A stretch of DNA of 64,000 nucleotides from Fidelibacterota bacterium (GCA_028338895.1 JAOLAV010000003.1:2598-66597), one strand, 5' to 3'; positions 9,840-20,300 are shown, counted from the stretch's first letter. Made by a program: numbers and translations. Notes: generated by a model from the letters alone, not told the origin.

Positions 9840-11531
9840 ATGTCAAATAAAAGTGATGATTTAGTAAAAATATTACAAAGATTTCCAGATAAGAACCCAA
9901 ATCCAGTTCTCCGCTTCTCGAAAGGTGGAAGATTAATTTATTCAAATAATCCTTCTAAAAGAATTAAAGAGTCCTTACGACTCAGTAAGAATAAAATCCC
10001 AAAAGCTAAATTTTATGAATGTATTCAACAAGCAATCAAAAATAAAGAACATTCATTTGAATTTATAGCAGGTAAATCTATTTATAATTTGAAGGCTGTT
10101 TATATCAAAGAATTAGATTGTATTAATATCTATGGAACGGAAGTTACCGCGAAAAAAGTGATTGATAAATTTCCAGATAAAAATCCAAACCCTGTAATTA
10201 GAGTCGATAAAAAAGGAATAATTATCTACTACAACAGCGCCTCTTCAGAAATTATAAAAGCTCATAATTTAAAATTAAACAAAATGGCTTCGAATGAAAT
10301 GATTCAGTCAATCGGTCAAACTTTACTTTCTAACAAAAGTACAATCAATGAATTAAAAGCAGGAAAAGAGACTTTCCTACTTACTTACGTACCTATAAAT
10401 GAGTTTGATTCAATTATTATTTATGGAACAAATATTACAGCAAATAAGCTAATTACTAAATTCCCAGATCAAAACCCAAATCCTGTAATGAGAGTTAGTT
10501 CAAATGGAACTCTAAAATATTTTAATAAAGCATCTAAATACATCATAAAAACATGGAAAATTGTAGAGAATGAAATACTACCTAAATTAATAATTGATAA
10601 TCTTTTCAGTGGTGAGAAAAATAATATCGATGGAATAGAATTGCAGGTTGGGACTAAAATATATTTATTTAATATTGTCAAACTTGAAGAACTGAGCATT
10701 TATCTATTATATGGTACTGACATTACTGATTCAAAAGATAAAGAGATGATACTATCAAAGCTTTCAAAATATTTTTCGCCTCAAGTATACAAATCTATTT
10801 TTACTGGTAAACTAGATGTAAACATTAATACAAATAGAAAAAATCTAACGGTGTTTTTTTCTGATATTAAAGGATTTACAACTATTACTGAAATTTTAGA
10901 GCCAGAGAAATTAACCGAGGTAATTACTTTCTACCTTACCGAAATGACTAATATTGCACATGAATATGGTGGTACTGTTGATAAATATATAGGAGATGCG
11001 ATAATGATCTTTTTTGGAGATCCAAATACAAATGGTGTGGAGTCCGATGCTATTAATTGCGTATCAATGGCATTAAAAATGCAAAAAAGATTAATTCAAA
11101 TTAGAAAGAAATGGCAGATGCTTGGTATTACCCAGTCTTTAGAAGTAAGAATGGGTATTCATACCGATGTATGTACAGTAGGAAACTTTGGATCAAATGA
11201 TAGACTAGATTACACCGTTTTGGGAAATGGAGTTAATTTAGCATCAAGGCTAGAAAGTCTTGCAGATCCAAATCAAATATTAATTTCTGAAAATACTTTT
11301 AACATTATAAAAAAGATAATTCGTTGTGAATATCAAAATGAAATCGTAGTCAAAGGTAAATCACATCCAATAAAAACATATCAAGTTGAAGAATTATTAA
11401 ATAATCAGAATGATGATGAAATAATAGACTTTGACATAGATGGTTTTTCTATATCTTTAGACAAAAATAAAGTTATTGATAAAGAGATCGTATTAAAATA
11501 CCTAAAAAAGAGCTTGAAAGAATTGGACTAA
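9840..11531 (+). CDS. Class III adenylate/guanylate cyclase with three tandem N-terminal NPNPV sensor-like repeats
   Basis: C-terminal catalytic core: LTVFFSDIKGFTTITE, YIGDAIMIFFGDP, RMGIHTD..TVGNFGS, YTVLGNGVNLASRLESLA. N-terminus has three repeats of about 95 aa, each opening with FPD(K/Q)NPNPV(L/I/M)R. Confidence 0.8.
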   Translation: MSNKSDDLVKILQRFPDKNPNPVLRFSKGGRLIYSNNPSKRIKESLRLSKNKIPKAKFYECIQQAIKNKEHSFEFIAGKSIYNLKAVYIKELDCINIYGTEVTAKKVIDKFPDKNPNPVIRVDKKGIIIYYNSASSEIIKAHNLKLNKMASNEMIQSIGQTLLSNKSTINELKAGKETFLLTYVPINEFDSIIIYGTNITANKLITKFPDQNPNPVMRVSSNGTLKYFNKASKYIIKTWKIVENEILPKLIIDNLFSGEKNNIDGIELQVGTKIYLFNIVKLEELSIYLLYGTDITDSKDKEMILSKLSKYFSPQVYKSIFTGKLDVNINTNRKNLTVFFSDIKGFTTITEILEPEKLTEVITFYLTEMTNIAHEYGGTVDKYIGDAIMIFFGDPNTNGVESDAINCVSMALKMQKRLIQIRKKWQMLGITQSLEVRMGIHTDVCTVGNFGSNDRLDYTVLGNGVNLASRLESLADPNQILISENTFNIIKKIIRCEYQNEIVVKGKSHPIKTYQVEELLNNQNDDEIIDFDIDGFSISLDKNKVIDKEIVLKYLKKSLKELD

Positions 11532-11543
11532 TAAAACTCTTAA

Positions 11544-11615
11544 TTACAGTATAGGACACTTTTTACACCACTTCCCTTTCCTAAACTTCTTACAGCATTT
11601 TTTCTTTTTTTTCAT
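11544..11615 (-). CDS. Possible 23-aa basic Cys-rich peptide
   Basis: ATG..TAA gives MKKKKKCCKKFRKGKWCKKCPIL (CC..C..C). Very short, so may not be real. Confidence 0.2.
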   Translation of the reverse strand: MKKKKKCCKKFRKGKWCKKCPIL

Positions 11616-11721
11616 TATAGTTTTTATAATTATGACAATTGTAATGGTAAGTTAATTTAAAATTAATGAGTCTCAATTGCAATAAGAGAAGTTGCGGAAT
11701 AACTATATTGATAATATTTAT

Positions 11722-12603
11722 TTAACTAGAGCTAACAATCAATGCTCCTGTAATAGATAAGATGACACCTAAATATTTTTTCTTTGTCATGGGTTCTTTA
11801 AGAAATAAAAAAGCCATTATTATTATTATTACTGTAGATAACTGGTTGTAAATAGCAGCGCGTCCCGAGATTGTATACTTAAAACCAGCGAGCCAAAATA
11901 TGACAGAGAGGTACGTCCCCATAAAAGCTCCAAGAATAATACTAATATTTTTTAAACCACTCTTAAAAGTTGAAAATACTTTTATTTGACCATATTTATA
12001 ACCTAAACAAAAAACAGTAAAAATAAAGCCAATAGAGAATCTATATAATGCAATTATAATTACAGAATTATCAGCCATAATTGGTTTCACCAATAAAACA
12101 GAGTATGCTGTTAATATTTGTGCTATAATACCAAATAAGACTCCTTGAATAATCGTTTTTTTATCTTTAGTAAGAGGAACCTTAAAAGTTGAGATTGCAA
12201 TACCAAGAATTACTAAGAGACCTCCTAAATAAGATTGTATTGATATAGATTCACCAAACATTAAGTAAGAAAACAAAAATATAGCGGGTGAGTACATTGT
12301 CGCAACTATTGCTGATAAACCAGAGCCAAGCCTTCTAAGTGAGCCTAAAAAAAGTAGATCTGCTATTCCAACGCCAATAAAACCGCTTATAAAGAGTGTA
12401 CTGAGTTGACTCCAAGAAAGATCCGGTATTGGTATACCCATAATAAAAATGGTTAGAATAAAACCAAAAACACCAATAAAATTTTTAATTACGCTCATTT
12501 GAAGACTATTTAACTTTCTAGAAGAGATATCAAAAAGTATTACAGCAAATGACCAACAAAAAGCAGTTAAGATTGCATAGATATCACCCAGGTTAAGATT
12601 CAT
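11722..12603 (-). CDS. EamA/DMT family transporter
   Basis: 293 aa, about 10 TM segments, two EamA-like halves. Confidence 0.75.
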   Translation of the reverse strand: MNLNLGDIYAILTAFCWSFAVILFDISSRKLNSLQMSVIKNFIGVFGFILTIFIMGIPIPDLSWSQLSTLFISGFIGVGIADLLFLGSLRRLGSGLSAIVATMYSPAIFLFSYLMFGESISIQSYLGGLLVILGIAISTFKVPLTKDKKTIIQGVLFGIIAQILTAYSVLLVKPIMADNSVIIIALYRFSIGFIFTVFCLGYKYGQIKVFSTFKSGLKNISIILGAFMGTYLSVIFWLAGFKYTISGRAAIYNQLSTVIIIIMAFLFLKEPMTKKKYLGVILSITGALIVSSS

Positions 12604-13726
12604 CTAATACAAAGCCTTTCCAAAGTCGCATATATTCTATAAAAACATCACCTAAGCCAGCTTTTTTTAGTTTATCAAATGAATATGGGCCTTTTTTAGG
12701 ATTATATTCCTTTGAAAATAAATTTTTTGGCCAATCTGGATAAGCTATACCTACTCGAGCAACTCCTAATAAGTCAGCCCCCTGGTTTAAAGCATTAAAA
12801 GCGTCTTGACATGACCAAATATTACCAGTAGTAATAACTGGTGGTAAATCATCTATTGTTTTTGTAAACCATTCTGTTAGAGTATTAGAATTTTCAGGAT
12901 ATTCAGTTGACTTAGCATAAATATTCCAACATGAAATATGAATAAAATCAATGCCCTCATTTTTAAGAGCTTCGACTAAATACAAACTGTCATTTAAATG
13001 AATACCTCCCTTTTTAATTTCTGGAGATATACGGATGCCAACAATGAAAGATTCTGGTACTTTTTCTTTGATAGATCTAAATATCTCTAAAACAATTTTA
13101 GTTCTCCCTGCGATGTCCCCTCCCCACTCATCCGACCTTCGATTTGTTTTTGAACCTAAGAATTGCGATAAAAGATAACCATGTGCACCATGTAATTCAA
13201 CTCCATCAAACCCAGCCTTAAAGCATCGAACAGCAGAAGCTGTAAAATCATTAATAATCGACTTTATATCAGCTATCGTTGCGGAAATTGTTATACCATC
13301 CAATGAGTCATTTGTTTTGTTCTGGCTTGCTGATATTGGTTTTAATCCTGTTAAGTGCTGAGGTGACCGCATCCCCCCATGGAAGAGTTGCATCAAGCTT
13401 AAACTTCCATAATTCCTTATTCCTGAAGTAAGCATTTCTAGATTCTCTATATGATCATCTGAAAAGATCCCAATTTCACCTTTCCAACCTTGACCTCTTT
13501 TTGAGACATGAGCTGCAGCTGTTGTGATTATACCAAAATGCCCTTCAGCTCTTTTAAGTAACCAATTAAGCTCAATATTAGAAAGTGTACCATCTTTATA
13601 ACTCTGTTTATTAGTCATTGCTGCTAGCACAGTACGGTTTCGTACAACGTGCCCTGTTCGTTTAAACGTAAAGTTATTTGTTGGCTTTATATATTTTTTT
13701 TGTTCCATTATTTTATTATTGGACAT
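12593..13726 (-). CDS. NADH:flavin oxidoreductase, Old Yellow Enzyme family
   Basis: GFDGVELHGAHGYLLSQFL and RRSDEWGG motifs. TIM-barrel OYE layout. Confidence 0.8.
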   Translation of the reverse strand: MSNNKIMEQKKYIKPTNNFTFKRTGHVVRNRTVLAAMTNKQSYKDGTLSNIELNWLLKRAEGHFGIITTAAAHVSKRGQGWKGEIGIFSDDHIENLEMLTSGIRNYGSLSLMQLFHGGMRSPQHLTGLKPISASQNKTNDSLDGITISATIADIKSIINDFTASAVRCFKAGFDGVELHGAHGYLLSQFLGSKTNRRSDEWGGDIAGRTKIVLEIFRSIKEKVPESFIVGIRISPEIKKGGIHLNDSLYLVEALKNEGIDFIHISCWNIYAKSTEYPENSNTLTEWFTKTIDDLPPVITTGNIWSCQDAFNALNQGADLLGVARVGIAYPDWPKNLFSKEYNPKKGPYSFDKLKKAGLGDVFIEYMRLWKGFVLDES

Positions 13727-13767
13727 ACGATTATGCCTTAATTCTAAAAAGGATTATACCCTAAAAC

Positions 13768-14280
13768 TTATGAGCTTTGTTTAGATGATTTAATTGATAG
13801 AGACAAAAGACTTACTTCTTTTTGATTATTTTCAGACATTTGAGTGCCAACTTCATTAAAACCCATTTTTTTATGAAATAAAAGTGATGTCTTATTTTGA
13901 GGCTTAATATTTACTTCACAGGTAATTAAATTTGTTTTATTTCCAGCATAAGATATTAAGTCTTGATATAAAACTGTTCCTAAACCTTTATTCTGGTGCT
14001 CTTTTTTTACAACAATTCTGTCAATATATAGAAATGATTTATAACGCTTTTCGAACCACTTGTAATTCAAACTAGAATATTTTTTATTCGGCTCTAACGC
14101 AATAAGAAATCCAATTAATTCATTTTTAAATTTTATTATTTTAAAATAATTAGATATTTTCAAAAAATTTAAAGTACTTTGAATGTCAAGACTACTAACC
14201 ATTGGCAAGTATTTTTGATTTAGTGCAACTAAATTTATTAAATCAAAATTATTTGCTTTTAATATTTTATAATTCATCAA
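13768..14280 (-). CDS. GNAT family N-acetyltransferase
   Basis: IVVKKEHQNKGLGTVLY acetyl-CoA binding motif. 170 aa. Confidence 0.75.
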   Translation of the reverse strand: MMNYKILKANNFDLINLVALNQKYLPMVSSLDIQSTLNFLKISNYFKIIKFKNELIGFLIALEPNKKYSSLNYKWFEKRYKSFLYIDRIVVKKEHQNKGLGTVLYQDLISYAGNKTNLITCEVNIKPQNKTSLLFHKKMGFNEVGTQMSENNQKEVSLLSLSIKSSKQSS

Positions 14281-14346
14281 ATTTTTAACAATAATACTAA
14301 AAAATAGGAAAATATATTTTTAATTATTTTTTAACCAATTTACGCT

Positions 14347-15489
14347 GTGTATTTTAAATGGATAAACAATAAGACAATACCAAAATACTTCATCTTGTTT
14401 ACTTTTTTAATCAACTTATCATGTGGTAAAATTCATAAAAGAAAAGATAATTCAACAGCCATGGACTCATTTTTAAATCAAGATGTACACGCATTTTATT
14501 ATGCATGGTACGCCAACCCTAAGAAAGATCAGAACTATAGACATTGGAATCATAAAGTGATGCCTCACTGGTCTGACTCAACATGGAATCATTTACCACC
14601 GTACAGTGGTAATGGAGATATTGGAGCAAATTTTTACCCTTTATTAGGTACATATAGCAGTAATGATTCTATTTTAATAACTGAGCACATGAGAATGATT
14701 ATTTCAGCTGGTATTGGAACTATATCTTTATCATGGTGGGGTGAAGGATCGTTTGAAGATTTGAATGTCAAATTGATATTAGATGCTGCGGCTAAGGTAA
14801 ACCTTAAAGTTAATTTTCATTTGGAGCCTATTCCTAACAGGACAGCCTATTCGACAGTTAAAATGATTAAATACATAATAGACAATTATGGTAATCATAA
14901 AGCTTTTTATAAATACAATGATAAAGCTCTTTTTTATGTTTATGACTCATATCTAACGTCGAAAAAAGAATGGTCCCAGGTTTTAAACCCTAACACTTCA
15001 GAAACAATCAGAGGTACAAAGTATGATGCCACCATCATTGGTCTTTGGGTTAATAAGGATGAGGAAACTTTCTTCCTTGAAAGTGGATTTGATGGATTCT
15101 ATACATATTTTGCTAGTAATGGGTTTACCTATGGGGCGTCTATTGATAACTGGGAATATCTATCGAAGTGGGCTAAAGAAAAAAATAAAATTTTCATTCC
15201 ATGCGTTGGTCCAGGATATAAAGATACTAGAGTTCGTCCTTGGAATAGTAAAAATTCAAAAAAAAGAGAAAAAGGTTTATACTTTGATAAAATGTTTAAA
15301 TCGGCTATTGAGAAAGAACCAAATATCATAGGTATTACTTCATTTAATGAGTGGCATGAAGGGACTCAAATTGAGCCTGCAGTATCAAAAAAACATGATT
15401 TATATAGATATGAGGATTATAGTCCTCTATCACCCGATTATTATTTAAAACGAACGAGGCATTGGTCTAAGATATTTTCTACGAACTGA
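14347..15489 (+). CDS. Glycoside hydrolase family 99-like (endo-alpha-mannosidase-like) lipoprotein
   Basis: HAFYYAWYANP...YRHWNH...DIGANFYPLLGTYSSND...ISLSWWG...FNEWHEGTQIEP parallels GH99/MANEA. GTG start. NLSC lipobox. Confidence 0.7.
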   Translation: MYFKWINNKTIPKYFILFTFLINLSCGKIHKRKDNSTAMDSFLNQDVHAFYYAWYANPKKDQNYRHWNHKVMPHWSDSTWNHLPPYSGNGDIGANFYPLLGTYSSNDSILITEHMRMIISAGIGTISLSWWGEGSFEDLNVKLILDAAAKVNLKVNFHLEPIPNRTAYSTVKMIKYIIDNYGNHKAFYKYNDKALFYVYDSYLTSKKEWSQVLNPNTSETIRGTKYDATIIGLWVNKDEETFFLESGFDGFYTYFASNGFTYGASIDNWEYLSKWAKEKNKIFIPCVGPGYKDTRVRPWNSKNSKKREKGLYFDKMFKSAIEKEPNIIGITSFNEWHEGTQIEPAVSKKHDLYRYEDYSPLSPDYYLKRTRHWSKIFSTN

Positions 15490-15499
15490 AAATATATTT

Positions 15500-15899
15500 T
15501 TAGTTACAATCTTCAATGAAGTAATCTATCAGATCAACAACGTTATCTTTTTCATAGCATGCTTTTGAGAATTTCAGACTATCTTCTGTCCATTCAACTC
15601 ATAATCCTTCTTTTTTTAAGTTAATGTAATAGCTTGAAGACTTTTTGCTACTATTATTCCACCATCTTGTCAAATGACTAATCTTACCTGTCCTTATAAC
15701 TCTTCCAATAAACTCTTTTTTGACTATATTTTTATCATATTTAAAAGATCTATATAAATCCCAAAAAACTTGTTCATTCGTGATAAGTCTGAAAAAAAGT
15801 TGTTCTTTTCAATTAAGGAATTTATGAACAGTTTTTTTTACCGACTGATGCAAATATTAAGCAAATTAAAGTCGTAAGTAAAAATGATCGATGGAACAT
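15500..15899 (-). pseudogene. Decayed small secreted-protein gene (two homopolymer frameshifts plus an in-frame TGA)
   Basis: ATG at 15899 gives the signal-like MFHRSFLLTTLICLIFASVGKK, then a stop after an A8 run. The reading continues only after shifts at the A8 and T7 runs. The final frame ...FWDLYRSFKYDKNIVKKEFIGRVIRTGKISHLTRWWNN...KKEGL*VEWTEDSLKFSKACYEKDNVVDLIDYFIEDCN has TGA at 15599-15601. Confidence 0.3.
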
Positions 15900-16029
15900 C
15901 GATTATTTAATATAATTGTTGATTAAAATACATTGTAAAAATTACATCTTTATTCAAAATCAATATATTTCGGCTTTACCATAAATAGTTTTATTTAATT
16001 GTACTCAAAATTTCACTAAATTAAGATAG

Positions 16030-16380
16030 ATGAATAATAAAACAAATATTTTCAAGCAAAAATTATTAAAAAAGATATTTTTAAATAATCCTATAAAGAT
16101 TTCATTATTAATTATAATTGGCTCTACCCTTTACGGTACAAAGCCTAATTACTTAGATCATAAACACCAAGTCACAAAATTATACCAAAATAATAAGAAT
16201 CAAAATAAAAGTGGTTTATGCCCTTTTGGTTATGATACAAAAAATCATTTAAGCTTGAAATTAAATTTATTTGATGTTTATGATGCAGGTGTTTTTTCAT
16301 TTGCAATTTACGAACATGAATTAATTTCGATAGGTCTATTTGGTAAGGTTTTTAACATACCACCAAAGCTATATTCATAA
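16030..16380 (+). CDS. Hypothetical protein with one TM segment
   Basis: 116-aa ORF, no recognisable family. Confidence 0.4.
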   Translation: MNNKTNIFKQKLLKKIFLNNPIKISLLIIIGSTLYGTKPNYLDHKHQVTKLYQNNKNQNKSGLCPFGYDTKNHLSLKLNLFDVYDAGVFSFAIYEHELISIGLFGKVFNIPPKLYS

Positions 16381-16427
16381 TAAATTGAATTGATTTGATA
16401 TATTGCTAGATTTATAGGCTTTTAAGG

Positions 16428-16592
16428 TTATTTTAATAGCTTTTGAGCCTCCATCCACTTGTCAATTGAACCTTTTCCCTTACCCCATTTTCCACCAGTA
16501 TTATAATATCTTAACCAGTATTCGCCCAGACCTTCAACATCATCTGCATCGGGTAAAGGCTTTGGAACTCGATAGTATTTAATCCTCGCCAT
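16428..16592 (-). CDS. Hypothetical 54-aa protein
   Basis: ATG..TAA gives MARIKYYRVPKPLPDADDVEGLGEYWLRYYNTGGKWGKGKGSIDKWMEAQKLLK. Visibly GC-richer than the flank. Below the ORF-track cutoff. Confidence 0.35.
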   Translation of the reverse strand: MARIKYYRVPKPLPDADDVEGLGEYWLRYYNTGGKWGKGKGSIDKWMEAQKLLK

Positions 16593-16638
16593 TTGACAGG
16601 CAAATTTTAAATTATTGATGATTTTACGTTAACGTAAA

Positions 16639-16668
16639 CAAAAAAGCCCCGATAACTCGAGGCTTTTC
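16639..16668 (-). terminator. Rho-independent terminator belonging to the orphan CTD stub
   Basis: Minus-strand RNA GCCUCGA-GUUA-UCGGGGC followed by U6. Lies within the 38-bp block (16632-16669) that is identical to 27772-27809. Confidence 0.6.
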
Positions 16669-16688
16669 TATTTATTCTATATTTCTAT

Positions 16689-16790
16689 TTATTTCAGTAG
16701 AACCATCTTTTTTGTAGCTCTGTATTGACCTGCTTGGATGGTATAGATATACATACCAGCGGAGGCAACTTCACCATGATTGTTTGTCGC
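16689..16790 (-). pseudogene. Orphan 3' stub of a T9SS C-terminal sorting domain gene
   Basis: Translates ...ATNNHGEVASAGMYIYTIQAGQYRATKKMVLLK*. This parallels the last 33 aa of the 2,756-aa protein (DATNNSGEGISAGMYIYTIQAGEYRSTKKMVLLK*). Similarity stops abruptly near 16790. Confidence 0.7.
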
Positions 16791-16792
16791 AT

Positions 16793-16887
16793 GCTGGGAT
16801 TACTTTTGATGAAAAAGTTAAAGCTGGAAAAAGCATGGAAAAAGCGCATTCTGTTTGGCTAGAATCTGCTCAACTAAATAAAGCTTA
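16793..16887 (+). pseudogene. 5'-truncated gene fragment (C-terminal 31 codons only)
   Basis: Open frame AGITFDEKVKAGKSMEKAHSVWLESAQLNKA* begins at the breakpoint with the CTD stub. Its TAG abuts the GTG of the next ORF, a tight phage-like packing. Confidence 0.35.
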
Positions 16888-17205
16888 GTGGAAATCTTAA
16901 ACGCTATTTTGCATCAAGCTTTTGAGGATGGTATTAGCCATTGGCTCACTAGAGTAACTATTATTAAGCCTGGTGATAGTGAGCCTGAATTAATCGCTGA
17001 TAGAGTAATGAATAATGGAACTCTTGGTTTGTATCCTTATTTAGATATGAAGCCAACTGAACTCACATTAGATAAGGTAAAGAAAGGTTTGCAACTATGG
17101 CTTAAAGATCAAGATCTAAATGAGATACTGGTAGAAAAAATTGAGCCAAGTAATGCTGACGAAATTATCCAATTCTCATTATTTGGAAAAGTCAAATACA
17201 AATGA
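16888..17205 (+). CDS. Hypothetical protein, possibly phage-derived
   Basis: 105-aa ORF with GTG start immediately after the preceding stop. GC-richer than the host flanks. No family recognised. Confidence 0.45.
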   Translation: MEILNAILHQAFEDGISHWLTRVTIIKPGDSEPELIADRVMNNGTLGLYPYLDMKPTELTLDKVKKGLQLWLKDQDLNEILVEKIEPSNADEIIQFSLFGKVKYK

Positions 17206-17240
17206 ATACAACACCACAACACGAAAACAAGAGATTTTTT

Positions 17241-17258
17241 TGGTCACATATGGTCACA
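17241..17258. repeat. Direct repeat TGGTCACA x2 at 10-bp spacing
   Basis: tggtcacaTAtggtcaca, read directly from the sequence. Lies between the foreign fragment and the giant-gene terminator. Confidence 0.5.
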
Positions 17259-17313
17259 GAATATTTTAGAAATTTTACAATTAAAGTACATTTTCTCTAT
17301 TTTAGATTAAAAC

Positions 17314-17342
17314 AAAAAAGCCCCGAACAATCGAGGCTTTTC
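17314..17342 (-). terminator. Rho-independent terminator of the 2,756-aa gene
   Basis: AAAAAAGCCCCGAACAATCGAGGCTTTTCC, a diverged copy of the 16.6-kb and 27.8-kb terminator block. Confidence 0.6.
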
Positions 17343-17361
17343 CTTTATTTATAGATTTTAA

Positions 17362-20300
17362 CTATTTCAGTAAGACCATTTTCTTTGTAGATCGATACTC
17401 ACCCGCTTGGATGGTATAAATATACATTCCAGCAGAGATACCCTCTCCAGAATTATTAGTAGCATCCCAGGTTAGTGAATGATACCCTGCATCCATTGAC
17501 GAGTTAACCAGATTCTTTACAATCCGACCCATTACATCATAAATAGTGATGTTTACCAAAGATCTCTTTGGCAATGCATATTTAATCTGTGTTGTTGGAT
17601 TAAATGGGTTTGGATAGTTCTGATGTAAAGTAAATTCCGTTGGTAGCATTTCACCATCAAGAGAAAGAGTTCCAATAACCAAAATATTTGGTGTATTCTC
17701 ATTACTTCCTACAATAAACCCATCCGAGTCTTTTGCAAGAACTTTCCAAAAATACTCCATATTATCTTCAAGTATCATGGTAACCGATGTATCATCTAAC
17801 ATCTCACTAAAAATATACGCTGTGCTGTCCATCCAGTCCTCTGAATAAACCAACTGGTAGCTAATTGTTTCAATTGGATCTGGATCTGTTGTAGCATTCC
17901 AGACAAAAGTAACTTCTGTTCCCAATCCTGCTGCATCATTCTCTGGTGCCAGCGTCATAAAGTTTGCTGGTGCTTCCGGGAACGCATCTGTATAAAAATA
18001 TGCAGTCTCGGTTAGTGCTGTCGCTTCGTTCATATCCATCGCTTCAACACTCCAGCCATACATGGAGTTATCCATAAGGTCTTCTTCAGGTGTCACACCA
18101 TTACTATCAAGACTGACAGATTGCACTTCCATATCGTCCATTCCCCACCAACTCATGGAGTAAGAAACATGATCCATCGGATCGATATCATCACTCACTG
18201 TCCAGTAAAAGTTTGGAGATAAGTCTGTTTGGATACTTCCATCCAGTGGAGCAACTAACTCGGACATTGTTGGAGCATCATTCATTGTGTTCACAATAAA
18301 CATGCTCGGTCCACCTACGTTTTCTGTCATGGCACCATTCAGATCCATTGCCTTTACAGACCAATGATACACATGGTTGTCTGTTAAAGATTCAACAGTA
18401 AATGACTGCTCACTGGTTTCATACATCATCTGAGATTCTTCTGTATGGATTTCTAAGTGATACATCACTGCATCCAGGGGATCCATATCTTCACTTCTCT
18501 CCCACTCAAATGTAATTTGTTCAGTTGTCTCTATTAAGGAATCTGGTAATGGAGTGATGAGAGTAAAGTCGGATGGAGGTGCATTTTCTGCATTTACAGT
18601 AAAGGACCACATTTCTGACTCTGTAGAGCCACCATTGTCATCCATAGCAACTACGCTCCATTCATACACCATATCTTCCATAAGATCATAGAGATGGATA
18701 TAATTGTTCTCAGTCATAGCAAATAATTCACCATTAAGTTTGACTTCAAATTGAATAAAGTCATTATCGATATCATTGGATGGAGACCAAACAAGTAATT
18801 GGTTAAAATCACTTGTATAACTTCCATCAATCGGACTAATCAGAACAAACCCTTCTGGGTTATCATTCTCTGTATTTACTCTAAATGATTGAAGTGGAGT
18901 TGTATATGTAGCTCCAGATTGATCTGTTACAACAACTTGCCAGACATAATCTGTATTATCCATTAACTCAACTTCTGGTGTGTACGTTAATTCAGCACCT
19001 AATTCCACATGAATTACATCTTCTAAAGAAGATTGATAAGTCAGTTGGTAAGTAAGGTGATCTTCTAAATCAGCGTCTGTAGATGCTGTCCAACTAAACG
19101 TTGGCGCTAATCCTGTTTCTGCTTCAGAATCAGGCGTTAAAAGGACAACCTCCGTTGGAATGCTATTCTCACTGTTCGTCCAAAAACTAGACATATTAGA
19201 TTCTGTCTGTCCACCATCATCATCTGTAGCAACCACCTTCCAGTAGTACATCGCATCTTCTGATAAATCAACCTCTGGAGTGTAATGAGTCTCAGATACC
19301 GTAACCGGAGTGACACCATCAAAAACATCTACTGTATTGACATAGACATCATAAGAAACAACATAACGAGAGTTTCTCGATAAAGTATTCGGTGTAAACT
19401 GTAAAGCCAGACCTGGTGTTACACCAGTAGAGACACTACTTGCATCATCTGCATCTGTTGGTTCTTCCCACATCAATGTTGGTGTAAGATCTGTGACCAT
19501 TGAACCCAGTTCTGGTGTTAGAGTGGTAAAGTCACCCGGTAAGTCATTTTCTGTATTTACTTTGAATGATTGATAGCCGCCAGTGTTTTCAATAGAAGCA
19601 TCACTTAAGTCTGAAGCAATAACTTTCCAATAATATGTAGTATTATCCTCCAAATCATAATCTAATGTGAAAGCGGTCAATGTTCCAGCTTGGTATGTCT
19701 GTAAATCAAGAATACTACTCCCAAAGGAAACTTCATATCGAACCGTATCCATTGGGTCAATATCTAGCGAAGCAACCCATTCAAGATTAGGTGTCAAAGA
19801 TAAAACTTCTGATTCATGATCTGGTGATGACAAAGTGAAAGTATTTGGTGCATCATTTGTATTTTGTATTTTAACTGGTATTGAAATAAAGTCCGTAGCC
19901 AATTCAGTATCCGTTACAGTTAGCTCTAACAATAATTCACCATTCCAATTATCTGATGGTGTAATCAGTAATTCTGTTCCATTCAATGAAAAAACAGATA
20001 TTTGTTCGGGACCTACTTCGTCACCACTATTAAGCAGTGCTGCGGATAAGAGCAACTCATCTCCTGCATCAACATCTAGGAGCTCAATGTCAAATTCAAA
20101 TGAGGTATCTTCATTAAACTCAATTATTTGGCCTTCAGAAAATGAGATTATCTCTGGAGTATCGTTCACTGGAAGGATACTGAGGTGAAAATCAAGCGTA
20201 TCTGTTAATTGAGGGAATAAATCATCTGTTATTACAAAAGAAAAGTCAAACTCACCATTTAAATTTTGCTCTGATGTAATGGTTACCTCAAATCCTGATT

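Noticed and set aside
15599-15601. The third in-frame TGA (GL-TGA-VEWTED) as a selenocysteine codon
   Set aside because: The ORF also needs two frameshifts and has no usable start in that frame. No Cys partner or redox motif is nearby. TGG to TGA (Trp) decay fits better.
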